A stretch of DNA of 64,000 nt, taken from Hemiscyllium ocellatum (taxonomy: Eukaryota). The DNA lies in NCBI RefSeq assembly GCF_020745735.1, contig NC_083417.1, positions 46,996,001 through 47,060,000 of the forward strand, written 5' to 3'. The translations under genes and the position numbers were made by a program. This document shows, in pieces, positions 12,630 to 26,077 of the stretch (its first letter is position 1; every line of letters starts with the position of its first letter). Below the pieces are notes generated by a model. That model made no database searches. It had not been told where the DNA came from and saw only the letters and a list, made by a program, of their open reading frames with translations.

Positions 12630-13440
12630 AGAGGCAATGGTCCATTCCCCCCAACACTCCCAACACGTCCGCACACCCCATTGCACCTTCCCTTGCAATC
12701 ACAGAAGATATATTGCCTGCCCATTTACTCCCTCCTTCCTGACTACCCCAGACACACCTTCCAGGTGAAGCAGCAATTTGCCTGCACTTCATTCAATCTA
12801 GTTTACTACATTTGCTGCTCACAATGTGGTCTCCTTCACACTGGGGGAGGAATCGCAGATTGGGTAATTGCTTTGCAGAACACCTATATTCTGTCTGCAA
12901 AAGTGATCCTGAACAACCAGTTGCCTGCTACTTCAATACACCACTGTGTTACCTGGCCAACATTTCTGTCTTGGGCCTGCTGCAGTGCTCTAGTGAGTTG
13001 GAAGGACATTTTCTGCTTGAGAATCCTTCAGGGCTCCATACTCAGTTCAATATTTCAGGGCATGAACACTTCCTTCCATGTCCTTTACAAGCTCTCAGTT
13101 CCCTGGTCCTATCATCAGATGGGCTTACTTTCATCACATCCAACCCTTTTTCACCCATTAATGGTCCTTATTATCAGCTCTTCTTCCTCTTCAGCTCACC
13201 ATTACTCATCCCTGTGTCTGTCCAAGTGCTGTTGTCTTTCACTGTCTCTCTCTGGGCTTCATCTGTGCCTATCGTTTACTTCTTTAGCTGCGCCCCACCC
13301 CCTGTTTTCAACATATACACCACATTCTTCTGCTACAGTCATTTCTGAAGAAGTGTCTCTGCACCCAAAATATTGTCTCTATTTTATTTCTACAGATGCT
13401 GCCAGGCCTGCTGAGTTTCTCCAGCAATTTCTGTTTTAGT
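12630..13440 (+). mobile_element. Penelope-like element 3' part, GIY-YIG endonuclease remnant plus terminal repeat
   Basis: FQVKQQFACTSFNLVYYICCSQCGLLH and RLGNCFAEHL..PVACYFN. Ends ctgaagaa...acagatgctgccaggcctgctgagtttctccagc. Confidence 0.85.
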
Positions 13441-14154
13441 TTAATTTTAGTTCGTAAGTAATGATCATCAAGTCAATTAAATACCATTGGTAGATCTTTG
13501 ATCAAACTCACTAATAGATAACAATTCATTGATTAAATCAGCATTGCCAAGTTAGTTAAACAGTAAGTGGCATGCATCAGGCAAGCTGTTATCATACAGA
13601 AGAAAATATAGTGGTCACAGATTTAACCAAATCTAATTTAAAGCAAGATTCCTTGCTGGTACCAATCAGACAGAAAAGAATGAAACCACATGATTATAGT
13701 TTTACAAAATCAAAGGGCTGTAATTTCTGACACATAATGTTGTGATTTACAATGTCAACTTTTTTTTCTCAAAATCAAAAAGCAGTTCCCTATAAAATGG
13801 CCCCTACAGAAAACTTGATGGATGTTTTCAATAAATTCTGAAAGAAATATTTGGGTTTCGTGAAAGCAAAGCAGCATTGATGGCAATCTATCAAACATTC
13901 ATGTTTATTCAAAACAATAAATTCAATCTTGCTGAATAAGTTTCTTGACGCCTGATGATAATTACTCAGGTGAAATATGCCATTGAACTTACACAAAAAG
14001 TAAATACCTTATATTCTTCCGCTTATTTGGCAAAATAAAATCAATTGTGAGTTCCAAATTAATAATTTGTGATAAAGATGATTTGATTTGAAACAATTTT
14101 AATTATTTCTTTGTTGAAATGGGTTTAAACAAGAAGAATTTGTTGTAATGTCCA

Positions 14155-14672
14155 AGATAATGTATAGGATATTGGTAAGGTCCCTTTTAGAATACAGTAC
14201 AAAATTCTGGTCATCCTTCTATAGGAAGGGTGTTGTTAAACTTAAGAGGGTGCAGAAACGATTCACAAGGATGTTGCCTGGATTGAATGGTTTCAATTAT
14301 AAGGAGAGCCTGAGTGGGTTGGGCTTTTTGCCCTGGAGTGTTGGAGACTGAGGGGTGACCTTATAGAAGTTTATAAAATCTTAGGGCTTGGATAAGGGGA
14401 GTAGCCAAGATGTGAGAGGAGTAGAGTCTAAAAAGGTAACATTTTAATGCAGAGGGTGGTGCACATGTGGAATAAGCTGCCAGAGGAACTGGTAGAGGCA
14501 GGTACAATAACAACATTTAAAAGGCATCTGGATGGGTTTGTGAAAAGGAAGGGCCGAGAGGGATATGGATCAAAAGCTGGCAAATAGAACTAGGTCAGAC
14601 TGAGATGTCTGATCAGCATGGTCAAATTGGACCTAGGAGTCTGTTTCCTTGGTATATGAGTCTGTGACTCTA
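14155..14672 (+). mobile_element. CR1 LINE 3' fragment
   Basis: YRILVRSLLEY..FWS, RVQKRFTRMLPGL, tail tgagtctgtgactct. Confidence 0.9.
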
Positions 14673-15556
14673 AGTCAATCCACTGTCATGTTGTTAAACT
14701 AATTAGGTTGGTATTTGCATTTAAATTTGGGAATTTAGTGTAAATAAAACTTTATTAATGATAAACTACTACATTGTAAGTCTCTGTCACCTGAATGGTG
14801 CTAGTTTGATAGACTTACCTACTCCTGATTCTCCCTTTTGCCACTGACCTTCCCTCTTCTGACAACCTTCTTTTTCATTGAAACTTCTGGTTGCTGCCAA
14901 CTGTCCCTACCATCAACTGTCCTAGTCACTATTGATTTACCTTTTAGTCAACCTGCCCTTGTGCCATATCTTCAGATTGCAACCCATCTCTGTGACTCAA
15001 AGCTGCTCTTGCCTCTTGCTTCTCATTGTGCAATCCTTGCAGACAGCAAAGGTTTGGGAGATGAAAGTGGCAAATGTGAAAGGCAGCAGGAGGTGGCTTT
15101 GGCAAAAAGTTCGATGAGAGAGATGGTCAGTTAGCATGACTGGCACTGAACAATATGGTTGGTGAATGGGAGAGAGGGAAAACCAGAGGTTTGGGATTCT
15201 TCAGAGTGTGGAGAAATAGGAGAAGCTGGGTATTGGTTGATGGACATTTGCTCATTAGGCTGCCATTAGCAACTTTTCTGGGGTCTGTGGCATCCCTTCT
15301 TCCTGGCCATTCAGGCCAGGGTTCAGGAGTGCTACTCCTTGTGCCTTATTGCTGGCTGACAAGATGTCAGTAGTGGGTGGACCTGTTGGATTTTCATTCT
15401 CTTCTCTGCAATATTGGCCAGTACCACATTGTTCTGATGGTGGATCATGGTTGGCAGTGCAGGGGAGCTGTTGAATTTTGTCTAAGTTAGCAGAGGCAGG
15501 GACAGAAAAAGGAGGGTGATGACTGCTATCATCTGGATGAGGTTCTGTGGGTCAGT

Positions 15557-16258
15557 TATATTCTTCTGTTGACTGTGGGCCACAGTTTGCATTGGGACTC
15601 CACAGTTCCATCTGATGTCTTTAGGGGGAATCAGATCTACTGAGATAAATCATGACTGTGACCCTGTGGACCAGGAGATGAGGAAAGACGGTAGAGCGCT
15701 GTCATTTCTGTTGTGCACAACAGCCCCTGAATCAGGGAAGTGGGGAGAGAGACAGCCAGATTCTGTTATTGCTGATGTCTTGTGAACAGGAGGGTGCCTG
15801 GGGTGAGGCTCAGTCATGTTTGGGCAGATTCCAGGGTGATTGTGATCATTTGGAGTGATAGTGGGCTATTAGGGAGATGCTGTCTAATAGTAGCTGGCTG
15901 GGGCAAGTGACAGTTCCAGCAAATGGCCTGGGGCCTATTGGTAGGGACTCCCTGCTACAGACATTGGACCACAGTTTGAAATTGAGAGAGGTCACAATTT
16001 GAAAGGCCGGAATGCCTTTGAATCTGCATCTGAAAGGAAGAGATTGTGCCATTGTGTCTACCATCATAATCAATATTAGGACATATCACATGACACTCAA
16101 TGAATTTTCTCTCCTCAGAACTACCGACTTTCCTCATCTCCTGGTCCACAGGGTCACAGTCATGATTTATCTCAGTAGATCTGCTCCCCCCTCAACACAG
16201 CAGATGGAACTGTGGAGTCCCTGTGAAAGCTGTGGCCCACAGTCAACAGAACAATATA
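15557..16258. repeat. 138-bp inverted repeat (15557-15694 / 16121-16258) with a 426-bp spacer
   Basis: Direct comparison: cagatctactgagataaatcatgactgtgaccctgtggaccaggagatgaggaaag is exactly reverse-complemented in the right arm. Confidence 0.9.
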
Positions 16259-16262
16259 TTGT

Positions 16263-16520
16263 GGGCAGCATGAAAGCATTACTGCCTCACAGCACCAGGT
16301 CCCAGGTTCAATTCCACCTTTGGGTGACTATTGGTGTGGAGTTTGCACATTCTCCCAGTGTCTACATGGGTTTCCTCCCACATTCCAAAGATGTGCAGAT
16401 CAGGTGAATTGGCCATACTAAATTGTCCATAGTGTTTGGTGCGGGTGGGTTACTCTTCAGAGGGTCAGTGTGGCCCTTTGGGCCGAAGGGCCTGTTTCCA
16501 CACTGTAGGGAAGCTAATCT
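16263..16520 (+). mobile_element. HE1-like V-SINE
   Basis: gcctcacagcaccagg..ggttcaattcc, V-domain gtggagtttgcacattctccc, CR1-like tail gggccgaagggcctgtttccacactgtaggga. Confidence 0.9.
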
Positions 16521-18939
16521 TAAAATAGTATAAAAGTGAAAGAATGATGAATGGGGCAACATTAAACGCCTATAGGGAGAAATAAAACTGATTTGCCCAA
16601 AGCTGTTGCATGTTTTAGGATTACACTTTTCAGGAATGCATCTAGAATGTTACAGGAGGGCTTACTGTGTAGGATAGCTGAAGGGTAAGTTGAAAAGAAG
16701 CACAAAAGTAATAGTCTTTGGATTACTGTCTGAGCCATTAAAAAAAACTGTCACTGGATACATAAGACCAGAAAATTTACCAGATCGGACAAACATAGCA
16801 TACAAATATTGAGGGTTTGGATGAAGAAATATTTAAAAATCCAAAGATAAAAGAGACAGGCAGGTGGGACTAGTTTAGTTTGGGATTATATTCGGCATGG
16901 AGGGTTGGATTGAAGGGTCTGTTTCTGTACTGTATGACTCTATGAAGCATGTTGATATGGGTAAAGGCAAACAGTGGGATGTGGATGGATGGACAGTGAA
17001 ATGATACCAGTGCATCAGACAGTAAAGTCCATGCTGAAAGAAAACATTAAAATCACTTCATCTGAATATGTAGAGCAATCAAGATTTGATAGGTGAATTA
17101 GTTGCATGAAAAGGTAAGAACAGTTTTGATCTGATCACTATTACAGAGACATATGGAGGAATCTTGCCAGCATCTGAACAATGAAAGTATTGGTGAATCA
17201 GTTGGGAAAATATGGTGAGACATGTAGAACTGAGGTTCTTGCCTTATTTGAGAAACAAAAAGTTCAATTGTCCACGAAGTGAGAAAAATTGCACTTTTGA
17301 GCAGCAAGGGGCCTATTTACACTTGTTTGTATGCATTAGCATTCATTATTACTTTATCTCACTTCATTGATATGCAGTTTCCTATTTTCTCACACAGCAG
17401 ATATAGTGGCTATTGACACAGTCTGGACTGTGACAATCAAGGTGGGTACCTGGCAGCCCTAACTCACCATTTGTTCACCCACACCTGTGAAAAGCTTCTC
17501 CTCCAGTCAAGATGCAATATCTCTCCAACTCCATCCTCACAACTTCCCTCTCTTCCACTCTTGCTCCTCCTCCAACCACACAGTGTTGGCTGGGACCAGG
17601 ATGGTGGTGGGAATGGTGAGCAGAGTCCGAGTGTCAGCTGACCAGCTGTAGTGTGGGCTGGTAGGACCATAGTTACTTTGTATCATCTAAGTTTATCCAT
17701 ACTGACCAAGTTTGTTGGAGGTTATAATCACTGTCATGATTCAACATGCTGAGAGGAAAGGGCATACAGTAGAACTTTCTGTTAACGGAAGGAAATCAGG
17801 GTAGCTGAAGCCTTAAATATTTTTTATACATACACATAATACAGAAAAATGCTACATTTAATTTTGACAGATGTTTTCAGGAAACAAATTATATTTTTCT
17901 TAGTTACACATATAATTATTCCTGGAAAATAAGCATTAATAATTCATCTGTTTATACAAGGTATGCATTTAATACTTGCAGTGAATATGTAACAAAATAT
18001 TGAACATGGGAGATTTATTTGTATAACTCCCCCCCCGATAAAACCAAGTACGTAACTAATTATGTAAGTACATCATTTAATAGTAGATAATAGAAAAGTA
18101 GCCTCTAAAAATCTAAAAGCAGTCCTCAAAATAAACTCAAGAGGAATCTTCATGAAAATAATTTTCATCCCTGACCTGACCTCCCCCAAAGATGTCCTGG
18201 GATCATACCAAATAGGCACCTTGCCTCCCCAAAGAACTCTGCAATATTTACCAGGTTGAAACTGCAAAAACTGTGTTTCCTACTTCTTGTTCATGCTAAT
18301 CAGACATAACTGGAGGCAGCTACTGCTTTATATAGAAAGTTGCCTCTGTGACGTATGGATGTGTGATTTGGAATCTGTCTCCATATTCTCCCCCACTGAG
18401 AAAATTATAGGTGCTTTTTTGGGGTTGGGACTTCCAAATTTTGACCTCTGCCATCATCTTCACAATGACATTACAAAAAATCAGATGAAGATTTGGAAGA
18501 GGAAACTCAGAAGCCTGGATTTTTGTGTATGCCATGGAGATTTCACTCACCAAGTGGAAGTTAGCTTAATGATAGGCTTCCAATTGGGCAGAAAGCACAA
18601 TTGTGCAGTCTGACTTCAATTCCAGAGCTTGAAACAGAGTAGTGGTGGTGGTGTACAGCTGTGATTCCCAACACTGGGAATTTTGAATGGGGAGGGGGGT
18701 ATATCTTGGATTCATTGTTGGGGGAATGTGGTGATGTAGTAAGATACAATTCTGTTCCTCTTCACTCACAAGCATCAGGGGAAAGGCACAACTTAGTGCA
18801 AATCTGTCATCACCTTATTGAATTGCCAGATTTCTTGACGGCTGGGAAACTCAGTTGCCCATAGTAAAACCTACAACACATTCTTACAAACGTTTTGGGA
18901 CTTGTATCAAAACTGAGACAGAATCACAGAATCAGAATT

Positions 18940-19415
18940 TGGGCTCGAAAGAGATTTACCAGGATGTTGCCGGGAATAGAATGTTTGAGTTATAAGAAGA
19001 GGCTGGATAGGCTGGGACTTCTTTCACTGGAGCTTAGGAAGTTGAGAAGTGCCCTTATAGAGATTCATAAAATAAAGAGGGGGGTAGATAAAGTGAATGG
19101 CAAGTGTCTTTTCACTAGGATTGAGGATTTCAAGTCTCGAGGGTATTTTTCTAAGGTGAGACAAGAAATATTTGAAATGATATTGAGGCAATGTTTTTAT
19201 ACAGAGAGTGGTTTGTGTGTGGAATGAACCTCTGGAGGAAGTGGTGGATGTGGGTATGGTTACTACTTTTAAGAGACATTTAGATCAATAGATGAAAAAT
19301 AAATATTTGGAGGGACATAAGCCAAGTGCAGGGAGGTGGGACAAATTTAGTTTGGGATTATGGTCAGCATGGAATGGTTGGACTGAAAGGTCTAATTCCG
19401 TGCGGTATGACACTA
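18940..19415 (+). mobile_element. CR1 LINE 3' fragment
   Basis: KRFTRMLPG..LSYKKRLDRLGL and 3'UTR. Confidence 0.88.
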
Positions 19416-19559
19416 TAACTGTTAAAGTGCATAAAGAGACCACTCAGCCCATCGAGTCTGCACTGATCCTCTATCCCACCCAGATCCTCTAGATGAAAGG
19501 TGTTTTGCCTCAAAGAGTTGAAAGAGGTGGCTAGAAAGACAGTGAATGCATTGGTCTTT

Positions 19560-20385
19560 ATCTTTTAAAACTTTACAGATTATGGAAAGGGTCCTGAGGA
19601 TTGCAAAGTAGCAAATATAACCCAATGATTTAACAAGTGAAGAAAAGGGAGAATGAAGATCTGCAGCCCTATTTGTTGGATTCCACTAGTGGGGAAACAC
19701 TAACATCTATTGCAAAGGATGTTACAACTGGACATGTAGAACAGAATGGACTGGGCCAGTACGGATTTATAAAAGGGAAATATGTTTCACAAATTTTAAG
19801 TTTTTTGAGGACATTACTTGTAGCATCCTCAAAGGGGAACCAATGGATGCGATGTATTTGAATTTTCAGAAGGCTTTTCATAAGGATGTCAGTAGTAAAA
19901 TCAGAGCATACGGGATGAGGGGGTTACATATTTGTATGGATTGAGAATTGCTTCAAGACACAAATTAGACATAATTGGAGCATTCTCAAGGATGACAGGC
20001 TGTTATTAATGGATTACCAGAAGGGCCAGTGCTAGGTCCAAAGCCATATACAATCTACATAAATTGTTTGGAGGACCCATTGTGATATTGCTAAATTTGC
20101 TAATGCTAACTAATTGCATGGGAACATAGTTGAGTAGGACTCAAGGAGACTTTAAGAGGCCTTGCAAAGCCTAATTAAATGGGTTAGAATGGCATATTGA
20201 ATACAAGTGCAAAGTTACTCATTCTGGCATGATAAAAAAGAATATTTTTAAAATGGTGAGAGTTTGGAAAATGTGAATGACTGTAGGGATCAATAGGAAG
20301 TCAAGTGGAATATTGGCCTTTATTGTGTTGCAGTTGTACAGAGCTTTGCTGAGATTTCACCAGGAGTAGAGTGTACAGTTTTGGT
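19560..20385 (+). mobile_element. Degenerate CR1 LINE RT fragment
   Basis: QYGFIKGK, ttttcagaaggctttt (DFQKAF), PEGPVLGP and KFAN remnants. Confidence 0.7.
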
Positions 20386-20389
20386 CCTC

Positions 20390-21340
20390 TCAATTGCTCT
20401 GGAAAAGATGATGGCGAGCTTGCTGCTTGAACTGCTGCAGTCCTTTGGGGTGCTGTTAGGAGTTTGAGGATTCTGCCCCAATGATAGTGAAGGAATGGTG
20501 ATAAGGTTCCAAGCCAAGAATGTGCATGGCTTGGAAGGGAAAATGAAGATGGTGGTGCTCCCAAGCATCTATTGCTGCTGCCCTTCTAGGTGGTAGAAAT
20601 TATGGAATTGGAAGGCATTGTCAGAGGATCCTTGGTGCCTCTTTTTGTTGGTAGACAGCTCTGCTACTGTGTTTGGTGGTTAAGGGACTGAATATTGAAG
20701 ATGGTGGATAGGATGGTTTGTCCTGGATGATGCCAAGCTTTGGGTGTTGTTGCAACTGCACTTGACCTGGCATGTGGAGAGCATTCATCACATTCCTGAT
20801 TTGCGCCTTATAATTGGAAGTCAGATTTTGAGAAGTCAGAGGTGAGTTACACACTGCAGAATTCCTATCCTCTTTGCCATAGCTCCTTATTGTATTCACA
20901 GTGAAATGGCACCTTAATGTCACAGGCTGTCATTCTCATCTCATCTCAAGAGTTAGCCATATTTGCACTGAGGCTGCAATGAGGTCCTGGCACTCAGTGC
21001 CTCTGGCAGGATCTAAACTGAGTACCAGTGAGCAGCATATTCCTTTTTGGCAAACCCTTAAATTATTTTGCTGATGATTGAGAATAATCTTACAGGACGG
21101 TGATTGGCTGGATTGGATTTATCCTGTTTTTTTGTACACAGGACAGAATAGCCATTTTCAGATGAATACAAGTGTGTAACTATATTCAAACAGCCTGGCT
21201 AAAGGTTCTGGAACATAAGTAATCAATCTGAATGCCGAATGAATTACCTTTACCGTATCCAGTGTTTTCAGCTGTTTCTTGATATCACATGGAGTGAATC
21301 AACTTGGTTGAAGACTGGCATCTGTGATATTGATGACCTC
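20390..21340 (-). mobile_element. Non-LTR retrotransposon of a second CR1-group lineage (Crack/Zenon-like), 3' part
   Basis: YKAQIRNVM...KLGIIQDK resembles YKAQVRSVMEY...KLDTIQDKA. The same family recurs at about 5140-5270, 39450-39570 and 52400-53020. Confidence 0.65.
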
Positions 21341-21974
21341 AGTCTTGTCAGTATTGTAAATCAATAGTAGATGTGTTTAATTTATAGCATATATCTATCT
21401 CCAGTGTCTGAAAATACTTATGAGCATCTCATGTAAATACAGTGCGCAATGTAACTGACATCCACTGTTTGATCTGTCTAAGGCACAAATCACACTAACT
21501 GCTCTGATAAATCTGAAAAGCAGCAAGTAGTAATAAACTGTAGTTGCATCCACAGTATTAAATCATTATGATAACAATGACAATTTCAGAGAAAATCATT
21601 TCAGTTTTATTCAATGTAATTTTATTCAGCATTTTTTAAATGATAAATCATTGATCATGGATCAGAATGCTCCACACGATCAGGAAGGAGAGATGACATC
21701 CAAAGTAAGATACAGCTCGAGTATATATTTTGAGAAATTTGGAGGCAATGGGAGGGATTCATTGTAAAGAGGAAGTAGTGCACTTTGCTTGCTATTTTGT
21801 GGCTCATAGTTGTGAGATTTGTTTTAACAAGATAAATCGAATCCTCGGAACAACACAAAAAAGTGATGTCAGTAGTAAACTGTAAGTTGCTGATTGCTAC
21901 TAATTTGACCATCATTTATCAGTTTGAAGGTAAATAGGGGAAATATTTACAGGCTACAAACTAAAATACCAGTA

Positions 21975-23000
21975 TGAGTAGTTGGAAATACATGGTAAAA
22001 TTGGGCAGAGTCAGCATAGCTTCATCAAGGGGAAGTAATGCCTGAAAATCTTTTAAAATTCTTTGAGCAGATAATGAGAAAGTTAGACAAAGCAGAATCA
22101 GTGGACATGATGTATTTAGACTTCCAAAAGGCCTTTGACAAGGCTAGGAGAGTGGGCAAAGAAGTGGCAGATGGAGCACATTGTGGCAAAGTGCAAGGTT
22201 ATGGATTTTGGTAGGAGGAATAGAGATGTAGACTATTTTCTAAACAGGGAAAGGCTTTGGAAATCTAAAGTGTAAAGGGACTTGAGAGTCCTAGTCAAGG
22301 ATACTCTTAAGGTTAACATGCAAGTTCAGTTGGCAGATAGGAAAGGGAGATAGAATACAAGAGCAGGAACATATGCTGAGGCTGTATAAAGCTCCGATTA
22401 GACTGCATCTGAAATTTTGCAAGTAGTTTTGTGGCCTGTATCTAAGGAAAGATGTGCGAGCATTGGATGGGGTCAGAAGAGGTTTACCAGAATGATCCCA
22501 GGGATTAAGGGCTTATAATAGGAGGAACATTTGAGCACTCCGGGTCTGTACTCAATGGAGCTTAAAAGGACGGGGTTGGGTGGGGGCGGGGAGGGGGAAT
22601 TCTGATTGAAACTTACGGAATAATGAGAGGCCTGGAGAGAGTGGATGTGGAGAAAATATTTCCACTAGTAGATAGGCTAGGGTCCAAGAGCACTGCTTCA
22701 GAATGAAGGGATGACCCTGTAAAACTGAGATGAGGAGGAATTTCTTCAGTCAGAGTGTGGTTAACTATGGAACTCATCGCTGCAGAGGTTTGAGGAGAGT
22801 GAGTCACTGAGTGTATTTGAGAGAGCGAGTCACTGAGTATACTTCAGACAGCGATGGATAGGTTCTTGATTATTAAGGGGATCAGAGGTTATAAGAAGAA
22901 GGCAGGAAATAGGGTTGAGAAACATATCAGCCATGATCAAATGGCAGAGCAGACTCAATAGGCCGAATGACCTATTTCTGCTCCTCATTCTTATGTTCCT
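21975..23000 (+). mobile_element. CR1 LINE fragment with internal deletion
   Basis: QHSFIKGK, YLDFQKAFDK, RRNFFSQ motifs, tail cttatgttcct. Confidence 0.88.
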
Positions 23001-23009
23001 ATCTCATGG

Positions 23010-25030
23010 ACTTCTTACAGAATCACAGAATTGTTATGGTGCAAAAAGATGTTCATTGTATTTGCATTGGCTCTCTGGATGAGCTTTATTACTTAATACC
23101 ATTCTGCTGCCTTTTCTCCATAACCCTGAATATTGTTTTATTTAAATTATTTTCAGATGCTCTCTGGAATAGCTCAATAGAACCTCCCTCCACCACATTT
23201 CCATCACTGTAATCCAGATCCTAATCACTTGCTGTGTGAAAAAGATATTTTCTCAGTTCACATTTGCTTCTTTTGCAAATCAGCTTACATCTACGACCTA
23301 TCATCCTCAATCCTAGGGAATAATTTCTTCCTATCTACCCTATCCTGCCCCCTCGTGATTTAGAACCTTCTTAGCCTTTTCCCTCTATGGAGAACAGTTC
23401 CAACTCTCCCAATCTGTCATTGTAACTGAAATTTCTAATTCCTGGAACCATTTTTGTAAACCTCTTCTGCACTTTCTCCAATGTGTTCACATCCTTTCTA
23501 AAGTGCGGTGCCCAGAACTGCACACAACACTCTCAGTGAGGCCTAACTCATGTTTTATACAAGTCCAGCATTATCTGCTTACCTCTGTACTCAATGCTCT
23601 TAACTAAGAAAGGTGGGAGAGAGAAAGCAGGAAATTATAGACCAATTAGTCTGACCTCAGTGGTGGGAAAGATGCTGGAGTCTATTATAAAGGATGAAAT
23701 TACGACACATCTGGGTAGTAGTAACAGGATAGGTCAGAGTCAGCATGGATTTATGAAGGGGAAATCATGCTTGACTAATCTTCTGGAATTTTTTGAGGAT
23801 GTAACTCTGAAGATGGACGAGGGAGGTCCAGTAGATGTAGTGTACCTGGACTTTCAGAAAGCTTTTGATAAAGTCCCATATAGGAGATTAGTGAGCAAAA
23901 TTAGGGCGCATGGTATTGGGGGCAAAGTACTAACTTGGATTGAAAGTTGGTTGGCTGATAGGAAACAAAGAGTAGTGATAACCAGCTCCATTTCGGAATG
24001 GCAGGCAGTGACCAGTAGAGTACCGCAGCGTTTTATAATATATGTTAATGATATAGAAGATGGTATTAGTAGTAACATTAGCAAATTTGCTGATGATACT
24101 AAGCTGGGTGGCAGGGTGAAATGTGAGGAGATTACAGGGTGACCTGGACAGGTTAGGTGAGTGGTCAGATGCAGTTTAATGTGGATAAAAGTATGGTTAT
24201 CCACTTTGGTGGCAAGAACAGGAAGGCAAATTACTACCTAAATGGAATCAATTTAGGTAAAGGGGCAGAACAAAGAGATCTGGGTGTTCTTGTACACCAG
24301 TCAATAAAGATCAGCATGCAGGTACAACAGGTAGTGAAAAAGGCTAATATTATGCTGGTCTTCATAACAAGAGGGATCGAGTTTAGAAGCAAATAGGTTC
24401 TTCTGCAGCTGTACAGGGCCCTGGTGAGACCACATCTGGAGTACTGTGTGCAGTTCTGGTCTCCAAATTTGAGGAAAGACATTCTGGCTATTGAGGGAGT
24501 GCAGCGGAGGTTCACGAGGTCAATTCCTGGAATGGCGGGACTACCTTACGCTGTAAGACTGGAGCGACTGGGCTTGTATACCATTGAGTTTAGAAGACTG
24601 AGAGGGGATCTGATTGAGACATATAAGATTATTAAAGGATTGGACACTTTGGAGGCAGGAAACATGTTTCTGCTGATGGATGAGTGCTGAACCAGAGGAC
24701 ACAGCTTAAAAATACGGGTAGACTATTTAGGACAGAGATGAGGAGAAACTTCTTCACCCAGAGAGTGGTGACTATGTGGAATGCTCTGCCCCAGGGGGCA
24801 GTGGAGGCCCAGTCTCTGGATTCATTTAAGAAAGAGTTGGATAGCGTTCTCAAGGATAGTGGAATCAAGGGTTATGGAGATAAGGCAGGAACAGGATACT
24901 GATTAAGGATGATCAGCCATGATCATATTGAATGGTGGTGCAGGCTCGAAGGGCAGAATGGCTATTGTCTATTGTCTAATAGGTCCAGGATACTGTATGC
25001 TATTTTAAACTGCTCACTCTATCTCTAGAG
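23010..25030 (-). mobile_element. Older CR1 3' fragment (23010-23600, resuming 24980-25030) split by a young CR1
   Basis: The reverse-strand CR1 end (cccagaactgcacacaa) continues as ccaggatactgtatgct after the insert. Confidence 0.7.
23603..24978 (+). mobile_element. Young 5'-truncated CR1 LINE
   Basis: Long open RT frame GNYRPISLTSVVGK...YLDFQKAFDKVP...FADDTKLGG with few lesions, tail attgtctattgtct. Confidence 0.95.
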
Positions 25031-25033
25031 TGA

Positions 25034-25908
25034 CTATCTCTTGTTTGGGTTTGTTTCTGAGGAATCAACGACTGTGTTTATTGGGTACCTGTTTTTCCTG
25101 AAAACATTGTATAAATAGTTTTCATCTGATTTTTGTAGTTCTTGGGTGCTGCAGTGTGAAGTAGCCCGTTGAAATAATGTTAACAAAAACGGGTACCCAA
25201 TAAACATAACCTGCCGATTCCTCAGAAACAAACCCAAACAAGTGGATAAAACGTAACCAAAAACTATCGCCACATCAAAGACCTATCAGAAATGACTTCC
25301 AGACTACTCAGATCCTTTGGCATCATGGTAGCCCACAAACCTACCAACATATTTAAACAGCGAATAAAGAACTTAAAGGATCCATTAGATACCACCAGCA
25401 AAACTAACGTTATTTACAAGATACCATGCAAGAACTATAAAAAATACTACAATGGACAAACTAGCAGGAAACTTGCCACCAGGACACATGGACCACCAAA
25501 ATGGCCACCAAAAGACATGACACTCACACTAGTTTTCATTTATACAGACAAAGGAGGACACCACTTTGACTGGGACAACACACGCATTCTAGGACAGGCG
25601 AAACAAAGACACTCACGAGAATTCTTAGAGGTATGGCATTCTAACCAGAACTCCATCAATCAATATATCGACTTAGATTGATCTACCTTTCCTTGAAAAA
25701 AAAGAACCAGAAATGACATCACCCACTTTAAGAAACCAAGACCTATAAATAGAGAGGCAGGACATATTACCAGTGCTTCACCAGAGACTGTCACTGATGA
25801 TGTTACCTAGCATGGTGATGAAATGTCTGAAAACAAAGCTTCAAGCTCAGTGAGTTAACTTACAGACTTATCATCAACTTGAGCTACAAATCTTCTCAAA
25901 AATCACGA
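25034..25908 (+). mobile_element. Penelope-like element (family B-related) with GIY-YIG C-terminus, 5' inversion and hammerhead terminus
   Basis: NVIYKIPCKN..YYNGQTSRKL and REFLEVWHS..SIN..IDLD. 25034-25180 is inverted. Tail gagctacaaatcttctca is shared with 2487-2523. Confidence 0.9.
25791..25830 (+). ncRNA. Hammerhead motif, CpG-decayed
   Basis: UCA-CUGAUGA-U-GUUACC uagcau GGUGAU-GAAA-UG-UC-UGA. Confidence 0.65.
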
Positions 25909-26077
25909 AGGCAGTATATAAACTTAATGCTTTCTTCTGTCTCATTTTTGGATTAAAAATTTCTAGTAAAATATCTGTGAGCCCATTAACAATAGAAACT
26001 TCCTAAGTAAATATGTCACACCATAATTACACAAACATAACACCAGGTGGCTGTGGAGTTAATTTCTGAACTGGTTT

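Noticed and set aside
12534-13439. 301-aa ORF, the longest in the track
   Set aside because: It runs through a frameshifted Penelope GIY-YIG remnant and C/T-rich UTR, so it is not a host gene.
17420-18870. GC-richer tracts with faint Harbinger-like peptides
   Set aside because: Similarity is too weak to support a call.
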